Source of the DNA: Squalus acanthias
Lineage: Eukaryota
Assembly: GCA_030390025.1 (NCBI GenBank)
Contig: CM059431.1
Coordinates: forward strand, 132,186,001-132,250,000
DNA length: 64,000 bases
Direction: 5' to 3'
The number at the start of each line of letters is the position of its first letter. Position 1 is the first letter of the stretch. A model generated the notes under the pieces. That model was given only the letters and a program-made list of their open reading frames with translations, was not told the DNA's origin and searched no databases. The position numbers and the translations under genes are program-made. This document shows, one piece after another, positions 61,836 to 64,000 of the stretch.

Positions 61836-62285
61836 TGTGTGTGTCATTTATTCATGACAAACTAATAGAAACAAACACAACAAATCATTAATTAACATAA
61901 CTGGTTCTCACAAGCTGGAGATAATGGCCAAACACTAAACAAAAGTTATCAGATGAACCTCGGCCTTTAATAAAAACATTCCCAACATTTCTTGAGACCT
62001 CCTACTTTTTGCCCTTCAAGGGTGATCTCCATCCCTTGCGCACATCCCCCCTTCCCACCCTACTGCTCCTCCGCAATGGGGCCCCAGTGGCTGCAGCAAG
62101 GCTGGTGGAAGGCTGTGCACAAGTGGCGGGAGCACAAGTGGATAGCTGACTATCAGCTGCAGGTGCACTATTACAATGGAGATGTGATGAAGGTAGTAGT
62201 AGTATTAGGTCTGAAAGTCGCATCTGATGCTGGTGCATTGAATGCCTTCAGAGCCTGCCTGGGAGGACTTGGTTGCAAAAAAAAT

Positions 62286-62597
62286 TCTCACTCTCTCTCG
62301 CTCTCGCTCTCGCTCTCGCTCTCGCTCTCACAGATGCTGCTCATTTTGCATCCAAGTCCTCTCACACCAAAGGCCAGGCAGTGTCTGAAAGCCTTCAATG
62401 CAGCAGCAATGATGACATCATCAGAGGCGACTTTCAGACTGAAACCACTAATTGATTCATGGGTTCCCACATGCTGGAACTCAATTGCCCAATTAAGTGA
62501 AAATTGCATCAATCTCCCACATCCAATTGCAGTCGGGTGGATAACACGAAAAGTGGATGACACGACCCCAACCCGCCCCAGTATCAAAATCCAGCCC
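62286..62597 (-). mobile_element. Harbinger-type MITE (family M1), inverted partial copy 3
   Basis: Reverse complement of 35397-35660, ending AAAATCCAGCCC at 62597, with a (CTCTCG)n tract at 62288-62328. Confidence 0.88.
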
Positions 62598-64000
62598 TTT
62601 GTGTCTGTCTTCACAAACGAGAGGGATGATGCAGACATTATAGTTGAGGAGGAGTGTGAAATATAATGGATGAGATAAACATAGTGAGAGAGGAAATATT
62701 AAGGGGTTTAATCTTCTTTGAAAGAAGATAACTCACCAGGCCTGGATGAAATTTATCCCAGGCTGTTAAGAGAAGAAATAGCGGAGGGTCTGACCATCAT
62801 TTTCCAATCCTCTCCAGCTACAGGTGTGGTGCCGGAGGACTGCTAACGTTGTACCATTGTTTAAAAAGGGAGTAAGGGATTGACTGAGTAATTACAGGCT
62901 AGTCAGCCTAACGTCGGTGGTGGGCAAATTATTGGAAAAAATTCTGAGGGACAATATGAATCGTCATTTAGAAAGGCATGGATTAATCAAGGACAGTCTG
63001 CATGAATTTGTTAAGGGAAGGTCATGTCTGACTAACTTGATTGAAATTTTTGAGGAGGTAACAAGGAGGGTCGATGAGGGTACGGCATTTGATGTAGTTT
63101 ACATGGATGTTAGCAAGGCTTTTGACAAGGTCCCACATGGCAGATTGGTCAGAAAAGTAAAAGCCCATGGGATCCAAGGGAAAGTGGCAAGTTGGATCCA
63201 AAATTGGCTCAGTGGCAGGAAGCAAAGGGTAATGGTTGACGGGTGTTTTTGTGACTGGAAGGCTGTTTCCAGTGGGGTTCCACAGGGCTCAGTACTAGGT
63301 CCCTTGCTTTTTGTGGTATACATCAATGTATACCACAAATGATTAAGAAGTTTGCATGTGATACAAAAATTGGCCGTGTGGTTGATAGTGAGGAAGAAAG
63401 CTGTAGGCTGCAGGAAGATATCAATGGACTGGTCAGGTGGGCAGAAAAGTGGCAAATAGAATTCAATCCGAAGAAGTGTGAGGTAATGCATTTGGGGAGG
63501 GCTAATAAAGCAAGGGAATACACAATAAATGGTAGGATACTGAGATGTGCAGAGGAACAGAGGGACCTTGTCGTGCATGTCCACATATCCCTGAAGGTAG
63601 CAGGACAGGTAGATAAGGTGGTTAAGAAGGCATATGGGATACTTTGCTTTTTTTGCCGAGGCATAGAATATAAGAACAATGAGGTTATGCTTGAACTGTA
63701 TAAAACACTAGTTAAGCCACAGCTAGAGTACTGCGTACAGTTCTGGTCACCACATTACAGGAAAGATGTGATTGCACTAGAGAGGGTACAGAGGAGATTT
63801 ACAAGGATGTTGCCAGGACTGGAGAATTTTAGCTATCAGGAAAGATTGGATGAGCTGGGGTTGTTTTCTTTGGAACAGAGGAAGCTGATGGGAGACTTAA
63901 TTGAGGTGTATAAAATTATGAGGGACCTAGATAGAGTGGATAGGAAGGACCTATTTCCCATAGCAGAGAGGTCAATAACCAGGGGGCATAGATTTAAAGT
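62598..64000 (+). mobile_element. CR1 LINE RT region (degenerate), runs off the window
   Basis: ORF 62917-63342 ([29 protein letters not shown]) and downstream LEYCVQFWSP DNA. Confidence 0.92.

Larger units (their letters stand above)
58061..62285 (+). mobile_element. PIF/Harbinger element (nuclease on +, 3' end of a second gene on -), truncated and interrupted
   Basis: Left end GGGGGAAAAATTCAG with a GC-rich subterminal region, then the nuclease gene, then a convergent ORF end at 62002-62238 (QPSTSLAAATGAPLRRSSRVGRG). Confidence 0.75.

Overview
Eukaryotic, repeat-dominated DNA (intergenic or deep intronic). The repeat families suggest a cartilaginous fish (shark); this is an inference from family recognition only. 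I found no supportable host exon, rRNA, true tRNA or CRISPR array. The window is a nested stack of mobile elements: (1) many CR1 LINE fragments, one with an uninterrupted 820-aa EN/RT frame; (2) a second LINE family whose 5' end is a tRNA-like Pol III head followed by an EN-RT frame with no evident ORF1; (3) two Penelope-like elements (RT + GIY-YIG) with minimal hammerhead ribozymes in their tails, plus an orphan intact hammerhead; (4) a full-length Tigger/pogo transposon with perfect 24-bp TIRs and one nonsense codon; (5) a young, GC-rich CsRn1-type Gypsy LTR element with near-identical LTRs, a tRNA-Trp PBS and a 4-bp TSD; (6) several PIF/Harbinger relics (nuclease and Myb/SANT-like remnants) and MITEs sharing GGGCTG(G/A)ATTTT-type termini with 3-bp TSDs; (7) an L2 fragment and two minisatellites. 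The most interesting observations are the tRNA-headed single-ORF LINE, the hammerhead ribozymes, a MITE family carrying oppositely oriented pieces of a Harbinger gene with a copy-specific microsatellite at the junction, and a conserved MITE palindrome with splice-donor motifs on both strands. All alignments were done by eye; coordinates of degenerate elements are approximate.
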